The notes below the pieces were generated by a model. The model was not told where the DNA came from. It searched no databases and saw nothing but the letters and a program-made list of their open reading frames with translations. Below, one piece after another: positions 21,690-36,600 of a stretch of DNA of 64,000 bases (positions are counted from its first letter, which is position 1; each line of letters starts with the position of its first letter). Source of the DNA: Heterodontus francisci (taxonomy: Eukaryota). Location: positions 57,878,430 through 57,942,429 of the forward strand of contig NC_090399.1 of assembly GCF_036365525.1 (NCBI RefSeq). Reading direction: 5' to 3'. Position numbers and translations under genes: made by a program.

Positions 21690-24600
21690 GATTGGAGGGA
21701 TGTCACAGAGAGATTGGAGGGTGTGGTCACAGAGAGATCAGAGGGAGAGATTGGAGGGTGTGGTCACAGAGAGATCAGAGAGAGAGATTGGAGGGTGTGG
21801 TCACAGAGAGATCAGAGAGAGAGATTGGAGGGTGTGGTCACAGAGAGATCAGAGGGAGAGATTGGAGGGTGTGGTCACAGAGAGATCAGAGGGAGAGATT
21901 GGAGGGTGTGGTCACAGAGAGATCAGAGAGTGTGATTGGAGGGTGTGGTCACAGAGAGATCAGAGGGAGAGATTGGAGGGTGTGGCACAGAGAGCTCAGA
22001 GGGAGAGATTGGAGGGTGTGGTTACAGAGAGATCAGAGAGAGTGATTGGAGGGTGTGGTCACAGAGAGATCAGAGGGAGAGATTGGAGGGTGTGGTCACA
22101 GAGAGATCAGAGAGAGAGATTGGAGGGTGTGGTCACAGAGAGATCAGAGGGAGAGATTGGAGGGTGTGGTCACAGAGAGATCAGAGGGAGAGATTGGAGG
22201 GTGTGGTCACTGAGAGATCAGAGAGAGAGATTGGTGGGTGTGGTCACTGAGAGATCAGAGGGAGAGATTGGAGGGTGTGGTCACAGAGAGATCAGAGGGA
22301 GAGATTGGAGGGTGTGGTCACAGAGAGATCAGAGGGAGAGATTGGAGGGTGTGGTCACAGAGAGATCAGAGAGAGAGATTGAAGTGTGTGGTCACAGAGA
22401 GATCAGAGAGAGTGATTGGAGGGTGTGGTCACAGAGAGCTCAGAGGGAGAGATTGGTGGGTGTGGTCACAGAGAGTTCAGAGGGAGAGATTGGAGGGTGT
22501 GGTCACAGAGAGATCAGAGGGAGAGATTGGAGGGTGTGGTCACAGAGAGATCAGAGGGAGAGATTGGAGGGTGTGGTCACAGAGAGATCAGAGAGAGAGA
22601 TTGGAGAGTGTGGTCACCGAGAGATCAGAGGGAGAGATTGGTGGGTGTGGTCACTGCGAGATCAGAGGGAGGGATTGGAGGGTGTGGTCACAGAGAGATC
22701 AGAGAGAGAGATTGGAGGGTGTGGTCACAGAGAGCTCAGAGGGAGAGATTGGAGGGTGTGGTCACAGAGAGATCAGAGGGAGAGATTGGTGGGTGTGGTC
22801 ACAGAGAGATCAGAGGGAGAGATTGGAGGGTGTGGTCACAGAGAGATCAGAGGGAAAGATTGGAGGGTGTGGTCACAGAGAGATCAGAGAGAGAGATTGG
22901 AGGGTGTGGTCACAGAGAGATCTGAGAGAGTGATTGGAGGGTGTGGTCACAGAGAGATCAGAGTGAGAGATTGGAGGGTGAGGTCACAGAGAGATCAGAG
23001 AGAGAGAGATTGGAGGGTGTGGACACAGAGAGATCTGAGAGAGTGATTGGAGGGTGTGGTCACAGAGAGGTCAGAGTGAGAGATTGGAGGGTGTGGTCAC
23101 AGAGAGATCAGAGAGAGAGATTGGAGGGTGTGGTTACAGAGAGATCAGAGGGAAAGATTGGGGGGTGTGGCACAGAGAGCTCAGAGGGAGAGATTGGAGG
23201 GTGTGGTCACAGAGAGATCAGAGGGAGAGATTGGAGGGTGCGGTCACAGAGAGGTCAGAGGGAGAGATTGGTGGGATGTCACAGAGAGATCAGAGGGAGA
23301 GATTGGAGGCTGTGGTCACAGAGAGATCAGAGGGAGAGATTGGAGGGTGTGGTCACAGAGAGATCAGAGGGAAAGATTGGAGGGTGTGGCACAGAGAGCT
23401 CAGAGGGAGAGATTGGAGGGTGTGGTCACAGAGAGATCAGAGAGATTGGAGGGTGTGGTCACAGAGAGATCAGAGGGAGAGATTGGAGGGTGTGGTCACA
23501 GAGAGGTCAGAGAGAGAGATTGGAGGGTGTGGTCACAGAGAGATCAGAGGGAGAGATTGGTGGGTGTGGTCACAGAGAGATCAGAGGGAGAGATTGGTGG
23601 GTGTGGTCACAGAGAGATCAGAGGGAGAGATTGGAGGGTGTGGTCACAGAGAGATCAGAGGGAGAGATTGGTGGGTGTGGTCACAGAGAGATCAGAGGGA
23701 GAGATTGGAGGGTGTGGTCACAGAGAGCTCAGAGGGAGAGATTGGAGGGTGTGGTCACAGAGAGATCAGAGGGAGAGATTGGAGGGTGTGGTCACAGAGA
23801 GGTCAGAGGGACAGATTGGTGGGATGTCACAGAGAGATCAGAGGGAGAGATTGGAGGGTGTGGTCACAGAGAGATCAGAGGGAGAGATTGGAGGGTGTGG
23901 TCACAGAGAGGTCAGAGGGAGAGATTGGTGGGATGTCACAGAGAGATCAGAGGGAAAGATTGGGGGGTGTGGCACAGAGAGCTCAGAGGGAGAGATTGGA
24001 GGGTGTGGTCACAGAGAGATCAGAGGGAGAGATTGGAGGGTGTGGTCACAGAGAGGTCAGAGGGAGAGATTGGTGGGATGTCACAGAGAGATCAGAGGGA
24101 GAGATTGGAGGCTGTGGTCACAGAGAGATCAGAGGGAGAGATTGGAGGCTGTGGTCACAGAGAGATCAGAGGGAGAGATTGGAGGGTGTGGTCACAGAGA
24201 GATCAGAGGGAAAGAGTGGAGGGTGTGGCACAGAGAGCTCAGAGGGAGAGATTGGAGGGTGTGGTCACAGAGAGATCAGAGAGATTGGAGGTTGTGGTCA
24301 CAGAGAGATCAGAGGGAGAGATTGGAGGGTGTGATCACAGAGTGCTCAGAGGGAGAGATTGGAGGGTGTGGTCACAGAGAGATCAGAGGGAGAGATTGGA
24401 GGCTGTGGTCACAGAGAGATCAGAGGGAGAGATTGGAGGGTCTGGTCACAGAGAGATCAGAGGGAAAGATTGGAGGGTCTGGTCACAGAGAAATCAGAGA
24501 GAGAGATGGGAGGGTGTGGACACAGAGAGATCTGAGAGAGTGATTGGAGGGTGTGGTCACAGAGAGGTCAGAGTGAGAGATTGGAGGGTGTGGTCACAGA

Positions 24601-27600
24601 GATATCAGAGAGAGTGATTGGTGGGTGTGGTCACAGAGAGATCAGAGGGAGAGATTGGAGGGTGTGGTCACAGAGAGATCAGAGAGAGAGATGGGAGGGT
24701 GTGGTCACAGAGAGATGAGAGAGAGAGATTGGTGGGTGTGGTCACAGAGAGATCAGAGGGAGAGATTGGTGGGTGTGGTCACAGAGAGATCAGAGGGAGA
24801 GATTGGAGGGTCTGGTCACAGACAGATCAGAGAGAGAGATGGAAGGGTGTGGTCACAGAGAGATCAGAGGGAGAGATTGGAGGGTGTGGTCACAGAGAGA
24901 TCAGAGGGAGAGATTGGAGGGTCTAGTCACAGAGAGATCAGAGGGAGAGATTGGAGGGTGTGGTCACAGAGAGATGAGAGAGAGAGATTGCTGGGTGTGG
25001 TCACAGAGAGATCAGAGGGAGAGATTGGAGGGTGTGTTCACAGAGAGATCAGAGGGAGAGATTGGAGGGTGTGGTAACAGAGAGATCAGAGAGAGAGATT
25101 GGAGGGTGTGGTCACAGAGAGATCAGAGGGAGAGATTGTAGGGTGTGTTCACAGAGAGATCAGAGGGAGAGATTGGAGGGTGTGGTCACAAAGAGATCAG
25201 AGGGAAAGATTGGAGGGTGTAGTCACAGAGAGATCAGAGAGAGAGATTGGAGGGTGTGGTCACAGAGAGGTCAGAGGGAGAGATTGGTGGGATGTCACAG
25301 AGAGATCAGAGGGAGAGATTGGAGGGTGTGGTCACAGAGAGATCAGAGAGAGAGATTGGAGGGTGTGGTCACAGAGAGATCAGAGAGAGAGATTGGAGAG
25401 TGTGGTCACCGAGAGATCAGAGGGAGAGATTGGAGGGTGTGGTCACAGAGAGCTCAGAGGGAGAGATTGGAGGGTGTGGTCACTGAGAGATCAGAGGGAG
25501 AGATTGGTGGGTGTGGTCACAGAGAGATCAGAGGGAAAGATTGGAGGGTGTGGTCACAGAGAGATCAGAGAGAGTGATTGGAGGGTGTGGTCACAGAGAG
25601 CTCAGAGGGAGAGATTGGAGGGTGTGGTCACAGAGAGCTCAGAGGGAGAGATTGGAGGGTGTGGTCACTGAGAGATCAGAGGGAGAGATTGGTGGGTGTG
25701 GTCACAGAGAGATCAGAGGGAAAGATTGGAGGGTGTGGTCACAGAGAGATCAGAGAGAGTGATTGGAGGGTGTGGTCACATAGAGATCAGAGAGAGAGAT
25801 TGGAGGGTGTGGTCACAGAGAAATCAGAGAGAGTGATTGGAGGGTGTGGTCACAGAGAGCTCAGAGGGAGAGATTGGAGGGTGTGGTCACAGAGAGCTCA
25901 GAGGGAGAGATTGGAGGGTGTGGTCACTGAGAGATCAGAGGGAGAGATTGGTGGGTGTGGTCACAGAGAGATCAGAGGGAAAGATTGGAGGGTGTGGTCA
26001 CAGAGAGATCAGAGAGAGTGATTGGAGGGTGTGGTCACATAGAGATCAGAGAGAGAGATTGGAGGGTGTGGTCACAGAGAGATCAGAGGGAGAGATTGGA
26101 GGGTGTGGTCACAGAGAGATCAGAGGGAGAGATTGGTGGGTGTGGTCACAGAGAGATCAGAGGGAGAGATTGGAGGGTGTGGCACAGAGAGCTCAGAGGG
26201 AGAGATTGGAGGCTGTGGTCACAGAGAGATCAGAGGGAGAGATTGGAGGGTGTGGTCACAGAGAGATCAGAGGGAAAGAGTGGAGGGTGTGGCACAGAGA
26301 GCTCAGAGGGAGAGATTGGAGGGTGTGGTCACAGAGAGATCAGAGAGATTGGAGGTTGTGGTCACAGAGAGATCAGAGGGAGAGATTGGAGGGTGTGATC
26401 ACAGAGTGCTCAGAGGGAGTGATTGGAGGGTGTGGTCACAGAGAGATCAGAGGGAGAGATTGGAGGCTGTGGTCACAGAGAGATCAGAGGGAGAGATTGG
26501 AGGGTCTGGTAACAGAGAGATCAGAGGGAAAGATTGGAGGGTCTGGTCACAGAGAGATCAGAGGGAGAGATTGGAGGGTCTGGTCACAGAGAAATCAGAG
26601 AGAGAGATGGGAGGGTGTGGACACAGAGAGATCAGAGAGAGAGATTGGAGGGTGTGGTCACAGAGAGATCAGAGAGAGAGATGGGAGGGTGTGGTCACAG
26701 AGAGGTCAGAGTGAGAGATTGGAGGGTGTGGTCACAGAGATATCAGAGAGAGTGATTGGTGGGTGTGGTCACAGAGAGGTCAGAGTGAGAGATTGGAGGG
26801 TGTGGTCACAGAGATATCAGAGAGAGTGATTGGTGGGTGTGGTCACAGAGAGATCAGAGGGAGAGATTGGAGGGTGTGGTCACAGAGAGATCAGAGAGAG
26901 AGATGGGAGGGTGTGGACACAGAGAGATCAGAGAGAGTGATTGGAGGGTGTGGTCACAGAGAGGTCAGAGTGAGAGATTGGAGGGTGTGGTCACAGAGAT
27001 ATCAGAGAGAGTGATTGGTGGGTGTGGTCACAGAGAGATCAGAGGGAGAGATTGGAGGGTGTGGTCACAGAGAGATCAGAGAGAGAGATGGGAGGGTGTG
27101 GTCACAGAGAGATGAGAGAGAGAGATTGGTGGGTGTGGTCTCAGAGAGATCAGAGGGAGAGATTGGTGGGTGCGGTCACAGAGAGATCAGAGGGAGAGAT
27201 TGGAGGGTCTGGTCACAGACAGATCAGAGAGAGAGATGGGAGGGTGTGGTCACAGAGAGATCAGAGGGAGAGATTGGAGGGTGTGGTCACAGAGAGATCA
27301 GAGGGAGAGATTGGAGGGTCTAGTCACAGAGAGATCAGAGGGAGAGATTGGAGGGTGTGGTCACAGAGAGATCAGAGGGAGAGATTGGAGGGTGTGGTCA
27401 CAGAGAGATCAGAGGGAGAGATTGGAGGGTGTGGTCACAGAGAGATCAGAGAGAGAGATTGGAGGGTGTGGTCACAGAGAGATCAGAGGGAGAGATTGGA
27501 GGGTGTGTTCACAGAGAGATCAAAGGGAGAGATTGGAGGGTGTGGTCACAGAGAGATCAGAGGGAAAGATTGGAGGGTGTAGTCACAGAGAGATCAGAGA

Positions 27601-30600
27601 GAGAGATTGGAGGGTGTGGTCACAGAGAGGTCAGAGGGAGAGATTGGTGGGATGTCACAGAGAGATCAGAGGGAGAGATTGGAGGGTGTGGTCACAGAGA
27701 GATCAGAGAGAGAGATTGGAGGGTGTGGTCACAGAGAGATCAGAGGGAAAGATTGGAGTGTGTGGTCACAGAGAGATCAGAGAGAGAGATTGGAGGGTCT
27801 GGTCACAGAGAGATCAGAGGGAAAGATTGGAGGGTCTGGTCACAGAGAAATCAGAGAGAGAGATGGGAGGGTGTGGACACAGAGAGATCTGAGAGAGTGA
27901 TTGGAGGGTGTGGTCACAGAGAGATCAGAGTGAGAGATTGGAGGGTGTGGTCACAGAGATATCAGAGAGAGTGATTGGTGGGTGTGGTCACAGAGAGATC
28001 AGAGGGAGAGATTGGAGGGTGTGGTCACAGAGAGATCAGAGAGAGAGATGGGAGGGTATGGTCACAGAGAGATGAGAGAGAGAGATTGGTGGGTGTGGTC
28101 ACAGAGAGATCAGAGGGAGAGATTGGTGGGTGTGGTCACAGAGAGATCAGAGGGAGAGATTGGAGGGTCTGGTCACAGACAGATCAGAGAGAGAGATGGG
28201 AGGGTGTGGTCACAGAGAGATCAGAGGGAGAGATTGGAGGGTGTGGTCACAGAGAGATCAGAGGGAGAGATTGGAGGGTCTAGTCACAGAGAGATCAGAG
28301 GGAGAGATTGGAGGGTGTGGTCACAGAGAGATGAGAGAGAGAGATTGGTGGGTGTGGTCACAGAGAGATCAGAGGGAGAGATTGGAGGGTGTGTTCACAG
28401 AGAGATCAGAGGGAGAGATTGGAGGGTGTGGTAACAGAGAGATCAGAGAGAGAGATTGGAGGGTGTGGTCACAGAGAGATCAGAGGGAGAGATTGGAGGG
28501 TGTGTTCACAGAGAGATCAGAGGGAGAGATTGGAGGGTGTGGTCACAGAGAGATCAGAGGGAAAGATTGGAGGGTGTAGTCACAGAGAGATCAGAGAGAG
28601 AGATTGGAGGGTGTGGTCACAGAGAGGTCAGAGGGAGAGATTGGTGGGATGACACAGAGAGATCAGAGGGAGAGATTGGAGGGTGTGGTCACAGAGAGAT
28701 CAGAGAGAGAGATTGGAGGGTGTGGTCACAGAGAGATCAGAGAGAGAGATTGGAGAGTGTGGTCACCGAGAGATCAGAGGGAGAGATTGGTGGGTGTGGT
28801 CACTGAGAGATCAGAGGGAGGGATTGGAGGGTGTGGTCACAGAGAAATCAGAGAGAGTGATTGGAGGGTGTGGTCACAGAGAGCTCAGAGGGAGAGATTG
28901 GAGGGTGTGGTCACAGAGAGCTCAGAGGGAGAGATTGGAGGGTGTGGTCACTGAGAGATCAGAGGGAGAGATTGGTGGGTGTGGTCACAGAGAGATCAGA
29001 GGGAAAGATTGGAGGGTGTGGTCACAGAGAGATCAGAGAGAGTGATTGGAGGGTGTGGTCACATAGAGATCAGAGAGAGAGATTGGAGGGTGTGGTCACA
29101 GAGAGATCAGAGGGAGAGATTGGAGGGTGTGGTCACAGAGAGATCAGAGGGAGAGATTGGTGGGTGTGGTCACAGAGAGATCAGAGGGAGAGATTGGAGG
29201 GTGTGGCACAGAGCGCTCAGAGGGAGAGATTGGAGGCTGTGGTCACAGAGAGATCAGAGGGAGAGATTGGAGGGTGTGGTCACAGAGAGATCAGAGGGAA
29301 AGAGTGGAGGGTGTGGCACAGAGAGCTCAGAGGGAGAGATTGGAGGGTGTGGTCACAGAGAGATCAGAGAGATTGGAGGTTGTGGTCACAGAGAGATCAG
29401 AGGGAGAGATTGTAGGGTGTGATCACAGAGTGCTCAGAGGGAGAGATTGGAGGGTGTGGTCACAGAGAGATCAGAGGGAGAGATTGGAGGCTGTGGTCAC
29501 AGAGAGATCAGAGGGAGAGATTGGAGGGTCTGGTCACAGAGAGATCAGAGGGAGAGATTGGAGGGTGTGTTCACAGAGAGATCAGAGGGAGAGATTGGAG
29601 GGTGTGGTCACAGAGAGATCAGAGGGAAAGATTGGAGGGTGTAGTCACAGAGAGATCAGAGAGAGAGATTGGAGGGTTGTCACAGAGAGATTGGAGGGTG
29701 TGGTCACAGAGAGATCAGAGGGAGAGATTGGAGGGATGTCACAGAGAGATTGGAGGGTGTGGTCACAGAGAGATCAGAGGGAGAGATTGGAGGGTGTGGT
29801 CACAGAGAGATCAGAGAGAGAGATTGGAGGGTGTGGTCACAGAGAGATCAGAGAGAGAGATTGGAGGGTGTGGTCACAGAGAGATCAGAGGGAGAGATTG
29901 GAGGGTGTGGTCACAGAGAGATCAGAGGGAGAGATTGGAGGGTGTGGTCACAGAGAGATCAGAGAGAGTGATTGGAGGGTGTGGTCACAGAGAGATCAGA
30001 GGGAGAGATTGGAGGGTGTGGCACAGAGAGCTCAGAGGGAGAGATTGGAGGGTGTGGTTACAGAGAGATCAGAGAGAGTGATTGGAGGGTGTGGTCACAG
30101 AGAGATCAGAGGGAGAGATTGGAGGGTGTGGTCACAGAGAGATCAGAGGGAGAGATTGGAGGGTGTGGTCCCAGAGAGATCAGAGAGAGTGATTGGAGGG
30201 TGTGGTCACAGAGAGATCAGAGGGAGAGATTGGAGGGTGTGGTCACAGAGAGATCAGAGAGAGAGATTGGAGGGTGAGGTCACAGAGAGATCAGAGTGAG
30301 AGATTGGAGGGTGTGGTCACAGAGAGATCAGAGGGAGAGATTGGAGGGTGTGGTCACTGAGAGATCAGAGAGAGAGATTGGTGGGTGTGGTCACTGAGAG
30401 ATCAGAGGGAGAGATTGGAGGGTGTGGTCACAGAGAGATCAGAGGGAGAGATTGGAGGGTGTGGTCACAGAGAGATCAGAGGGAGAGATTGGAGGGTGTG
30501 GTCACAGAGAGATCAGAGAGAGAGATTGAAGTGTGTGGTCACAGAGAGATCAGAGAGAGTGATTGGAGGGTGTGGTCACAGAGAGCTCAGAGGGAGAGAT

Positions 30601-33600
30601 TGGTGGGTGTGGTCACAGAGAGATCAGAGGGAGAGATTGGAGGGTGTGGTCACAGAGAGATCAGATGGAGAGATTGGAGGGTGTGGTCACAGAGAGATCA
30701 GAGGGAGAGATTGGAGGGTGTGGTCACAGAGAGATCAGAGAGAGAGATTGGAGAGTGTGGTCACCGAGAGATCAGAGGGAGAGATTGGTGGGTGTGGTCA
30801 CTGCGAGATCAGAGGGAGGGATTGGAGGGTGTGGTCACAGAGAGATCAGAGAGAGAGATTGGAGGGTGTGGTCACAGAGAGCTCAGAGGGAGAGATTGGA
30901 GGGTGTGGTCACAGAGAGATCAGAGGGAGAGATTGGTGGGTGTGGTCACAGAGAGATCAGAGGGAGAGATTGGAGGGTGTGGTCACAGAGAGATCAGAGG
31001 GAAAGATTGGAGGGTGTGGTCACAGAGAGATCAGAGAGAGAGATTGGAGGGTGTGGTCACAGAGAGATCTGAGAGAGTGATTGGAGGGTGTGGTCACAGA
31101 GAGATCAGAGTGAGAGATTGGAGGGTGAGGTCACAGAGAGATCAGAGAGAGAGATTGGAGGGTGTGGACACAGAGAGATCTGAGAGAGTGATTGGAGGGT
31201 GTGGTCACAGAGAGGTCAGAGTGAGAGATTGGAGGGTGTGGTCACAGAGAGATCAGAGAGAGAGATTGGAGGGTGTGGTTACAGAGAGATCAGAGGGAAA
31301 GATTGGGGGGTGTGGCACAGAGAGCTCAGAGGGAGAGATTGGAGGGTGTGGTCACAGAGAGATCAGAGGGAGAGATTGGAGGGTGCGGTCACAGAGAGGT
31401 CAGAGGGAGAGATTGGTGGGATGTCACAGAGAGATCAGAGGGAGAGATTGGAGGCTGTGGTCACAGAGAGATCAGAGGGAGAGATTGGAGGGTGTGGTCA
31501 CAGAGAGATCAGAGGGAAAGATTGGAGGGTGTGGCACAGAGAGCTCAGAGGGAGAGATTGGAGTGTGTGGTCACAGAGAGATCAGAGGGAAAGATTGGAG
31601 GGTGTAGTCACAGAGAGATCAAAGAGAGAGATTGGAGGGTGTGGTCACAGAGAGGTCAGAGGGAGAGATTGGTGGGATGTCACAGAGAGATCAGAGGGAG
31701 AGATTGGAGGGTGTGGTCACAGAGAGATCAGAGAGAGAGATTGGAGGGTGTGGTCACAGAGAGATCAGAGAGAGAGATTGGAGAGTGTGGTCACCGAGAG
31801 ATCAGAGGGAGAGATTGGAGGGTGTGGTCACAGAGAGCTCAGAGGGAGAGATTGGAGGGTGTGGTCACTGAGAGATCAGAGGGAGAGATTGGTGGGTGTG
31901 GTCACAGAGAGATCAGAGGGAAAGATTGGAGGGTGTGGTCACAGAGAGATCAGAGAGAGTGATTGGAGGGTGTGGTCACAGAGAGCTCAGAGGGAGAGAT
32001 TGGAGGGTGTGGTCACAGAGAGCTCAGAGGGAGACATTGGAGGGTGTGGTCACTGAGAGATCAGAGGGAGAGATTGGTGGGTGTGGTCACAGAGAGATCA
32101 GAGGGAAAGATTGGAGGGTGTGGTCACAGAGAGATCAGAGAGAGTGATTGGATGGTGTGGTCACATAGAGATCAGAGAGAGAGATTGGAGGGTGTGGTCA
32201 CAGAGAAATCAGAGAGAGTGATTGGAGGGTGTGGTCACAGAGAGATCAGAGAGAGAGATTGGAGGGTGTGGTCACAGAGAAATCAGAGAGAGTGATTGGA
32301 GGGTGTGGTCACAGAGAGCTCAGAGGGAGAGATTGGAGGGTGTGGTCACAGAGAGCTCAGAGGGAGAGATTGGAGGGTGTGGTCACTGAGAGATCAGAGG
32401 GAGAGATTGGTGGGTGTGGTCACAGAGAGATCAGAGGGAAAGATTGGAGGGTGTGGTCACAGAGAGATCAGAGAGAGTGATTGGAGGGTGTGGTCACATA
32501 GAGATCAGAGAGAGAGATTGGAGGGTGTGGTCACAGAGAGATCAGAGGGAGAGATTGGAGGGTGTGGTCACAGAGAGATCAGAGGGAGAGATTGGTGGGT
32601 GTGGTCACAGAGAGATCAGAGGGAGAGATTGGAGGGTGTGGCACAGAGAGCTCAGAGGGAGAGATTGGAGGCTGTGGTCACAGAGAGATCAGAGGGAGAG
32701 ATTGGAGGGTGTGGTCACAGAGAGATCAGAGGGAAAGAGTGGAGGGTGTGGCACAGAGAGCTCAGAGGGAGAGATTGGAGGGTGTGGTCACAGAGAGATC
32801 AGAGAGATTGGAGGTTGTGGTCACAGAGAGATCAGAGGGAGAGATTGGAGGGTGTGATCACAGAGTGCTCAGAGGGAGTGATTGGAGGGTGTGGTCACAG
32901 AGAGATCAGCGGGAGAGATTGGAGGCTGTGGTCACAGAGAGATCAGAGGGAGAGATTGGAGGGTCTGGTAACAGAGAGATCAGAGGGAAAGATTGGAGGG
33001 TCTGGTCACAGAGAGATCAGAGGGAGAGATTGGAGGGTCTGGTCACAGAGAAATCAGAGAGAGAGATGGGAGGGTGTGGACACAGAGAGATCAGAGAGAG
33101 AGATTGGAGGGTGTGGTCACAGAGAGATCAGAGAGAGAGATGGGAGGGTGTGGTCACAGAGAGGTCAGAGTGAGAGATTGGAGGGTGTGGTCACAGAGAT
33201 ATCAGAGAGAGTGATTGGTGGGTGTGGTCACAGAGAGGTCAGAGTGAGAGATTGGAGGGTGTGGTCACAGAGATATCAGAGAGAGTGATTGGTGGGTGTG
33301 GTCACAGAGAGATCAGAGGGAGAGATTGGAGGGTTTGGTCACAGAGAGATCAGAGAGAGAGATGGGAGGGTGTGGACACAGAGAGATCAGAGAGAGTGAT
33401 TGGAGGGTGTGGTCACAGAGAGGTCAGAGTGAGAGATTGGAGGGTGTGGTCACAGAGATATCAGAGAGAGTGATTGGTGGGTGTGGTCACAGAGAGATCA
33501 GAGGGAGAGATTGGAGGGTGTGGTCACAGAGAGATCAGAGAGAGAGATGGGAGGGTGTGGTCACAGAGAGATGAGAGAGAGAGATTGGTGGGTGTGGTCT

Positions 33601-36600
33601 CAGAGAGATCAGAGGGAGAGATTGGTGGGTGCGGTCACAGAGAGATCAGAGGGAGAGATTGGAGGGTCTGGTCACAGACAGATCAGAGAGAGAGATGGGA
33701 GGGTGTGGTCACAGAGAGATCAGAGGGAGAGATTGGAGGGTGTGGTCACAGAGAGATCAGAGGGAGAGATTGGAGGGTCTAGTCACAGAGAGATCAGAGG
33801 GAGAGATTGGAGGGTGTGGTCACAGAGAGATCAGAGGGAGAGATTGGAGGGTGTGGTCACAGAGAGATCAGAGGGAGAGATTGGAGGGTGTGGTCACAGA
33901 GAGATCAGAGAGAGAGATTGGAGGGTGTGGTCACAGAGAGATCAGAGGGAGAGATTGGAGGGTGTGTTCACAGAGAGATCAAAGGGAGAGATTGGAGGGT
34001 GTGGTCACAGAGAGATCAGAGGGAAAGATTGGAGGGTGTAGTCACAGAGAGATCAGAGAGAGAGATTGGAGGGTGTGGTCACAGAGAGGTCAGAGGGAGA
34101 GATTGGTGGGATGTCACAGAGAGATCAGAGGGAGAGATTGGAGGGTGTGGTCACAGAGAGATCAGAGAGAGAGATTGGAGGGTGTGGTCACAGAGAGATC
34201 AGAGGGAAAGATTGGAGTGTGTGGTCACAGAGAGATCAGAGAGAGAGATTGGAGGGTCTGGTCACAGAGAGATCAGAGGGAAAGATTGGAGGGTCTGGTC
34301 ACAGAGAAATCAGAGAGAGAGATGGGAGGGTGTGGTCACAGAGAGGTCAGAGTGAGAGATTGGAGGGTGTGGTCACAGAGATATCAGAGAGAGTGATTGG
34401 TGGGTGTGGTCACAGAGAGGTCAGAGTGAGAGATTGGAGGGTGTGGTCACAGAGATATCAGAGAGAGTGATTGGTGGGTGTGGTCACAGAGAGATCAGAG
34501 GGAGAGATTGGAGGGTGTGGTCACAGAGAGATCAGAGAGAGAGATGGGAGGGTGTGGACACAGAGAGATCAGAGAGAGTGATTGGAGGGTGTGGTCACAG
34601 AGAGGTCAGAGTGAGAGATTTTAGGGTGTGGTCACAGAGATATCAGAGAGAGTGATTGGTGGGTGTGGTCACAGAGAGATCAGAGGGAGAGATTGGAGGG
34701 TGTGGTCACAGAGAGATCAGAGAGAGAGATGGGAGGGTGTGGTCACAGAGAGATGAGAGAGAGAGATTGGTGGGTGTGGTCTCAGAGAGATCAGAGGGAG
34801 AGATTGGTGGGTGCGGTCACAGAGAGATCAGAGGGAGAGATTGGAGGGTCTGGTCACAGACAGATCAGAGAGAGAGATGGGAGGGTGTGGTCACAGAGAG
34901 ATCAGAGGGAGAGATTGGAGGGTGTGGTCACAGAGAGATCAGAGGGAGAGATTGGAGGGTCTAGTCACAGAGAGATCAGAGGGAGAGATTGGAGGGTGTG
35001 GTCACAGAGAGATCAGAGGGAGAGATTGGAGGGTGTGGTCACAGAGAGATCAGAGGGAGAGATTGGAGGGTGTGGTCACAGAGAGATCAGAGAGAGAGAT
35101 TGGAGGGTGTGGTCACAGAGAGATCAGAGGGAGAGATTGGAGGGTGTGTTCACAGAGAGATCAAAGGGAGAGATTGGAGGGTGTGGTCACAGAGAGATCA
35201 GAGGGAAAGATTGGAGGGTGTAGTCACAGAGAGATCAGAGAGAGAGATTGGAGGGTGTGGTCACAGAGAGGTCAGAGGGAGAGATTGGTGGGATGTCACA
35301 GAGAGATCAGAGGGAGAGATTGGAGGGTGTGGTCACAGAGAGATCAGAGAGAGAGATTGGAGGGTGTGGTCACAGAGAGATCAGAGGGAAAGATTGGAGT
35401 GTGTGGTCACAGAGAGATCAGAGAGAGAGATTGGAGGGTCTGGTCACAGAGAGATCAGAGGGAAAGATTGGAGGGTCTGGTCACAGAGAAATCAGAGAGA
35501 GAGATGGGAGGGTGTGGACACAGAGAGATCTGAGAGAGTGATTGGAGGGTGTGGTCACAGAGAGATCAGAGTGAGAGATTGGAGGGTGTGGTCACAGAGA
35601 TATCAGAGAGAGTGATTGGTGGGTGTGGTCACAGAGAGATCAGAGGGAGAGATTGGAGGGTGTGGTCACAGAGAGATCAGAGAGAGAGATGGGAGGGTGT
35701 GGTCACAGAGAGATGAGAGAGAGAGATTGGTGGGTGTGGTCACAGAGAGATCAGAGGGAGAGATTGGTGGGTGTGGTCACAGAGAGATCAGAGGGAGAGA
35801 TTGGAGGGTCTGGTCACAGACAGATCAGAGAGAGAGATGGGAGGGTGTGGTCACAGAGAGATCAGAGGGAGAGATTGGAGGGTGTGGTCACAGAGAGATC
35901 AGAGGGAGAGATTGGAGGGTCTAGTCACAGAGAGATCAGAGGGAGAGATTGGAGGGTGTGGTCACAGAGAGATGAGAGAGAGAGATTGGTGGGTGTGGTC
36001 ACAGAGAGATCAGAGGGAGAGATTGGAGGGTGTGTTCACAGAGAGATCAGAGGGAGAGATTGGAGGGTGTGGTAACAGAGAGATCAGAGAGAGAGATTGG
36101 AGGGTGTGGTCACAGAGAGATCAGAGGGAGAGATTGGAGGGTGTGTTCACAGAGAGATCAGAGGGAGAGATTGGAGGGTGTGGTCACAGAGAGATCAGAG
36201 GGAAAGATTGGAGGGTGTAGTCACAGAGAGATCAGAGAGAGAGATTGGAGGGTGTGGTCACAGAGAGGTCAGAGGGAGAGATTGGTGGGATGACACAGAG
36301 AGATCAGAGGGAGAGATTGGAGGGTGTGGTCACAGAGAGATCAGAGAGAGAGATTGGAGGGTGTGGTCACAGAGAGATCAGAGAGAGAGATTGGAGAGTG
36401 TGGTCACCGAGAGATCAGAGGGAGAGATTGGTGGGTGTGGTCACTGAGAGATCAGAGGGAGGGATTGGAGGGTGTGGTCACAGAGAAATCAGAGAGAGTG
36501 ACTGGAGGGTGTGGTCACAGAGAGCTCAGAGGGAGAGATTGGAGGGTGTGGTCACAGAGAGCTCAGAGGGAGAGATTGGAGGGTGTGGTCACTGAGAGAT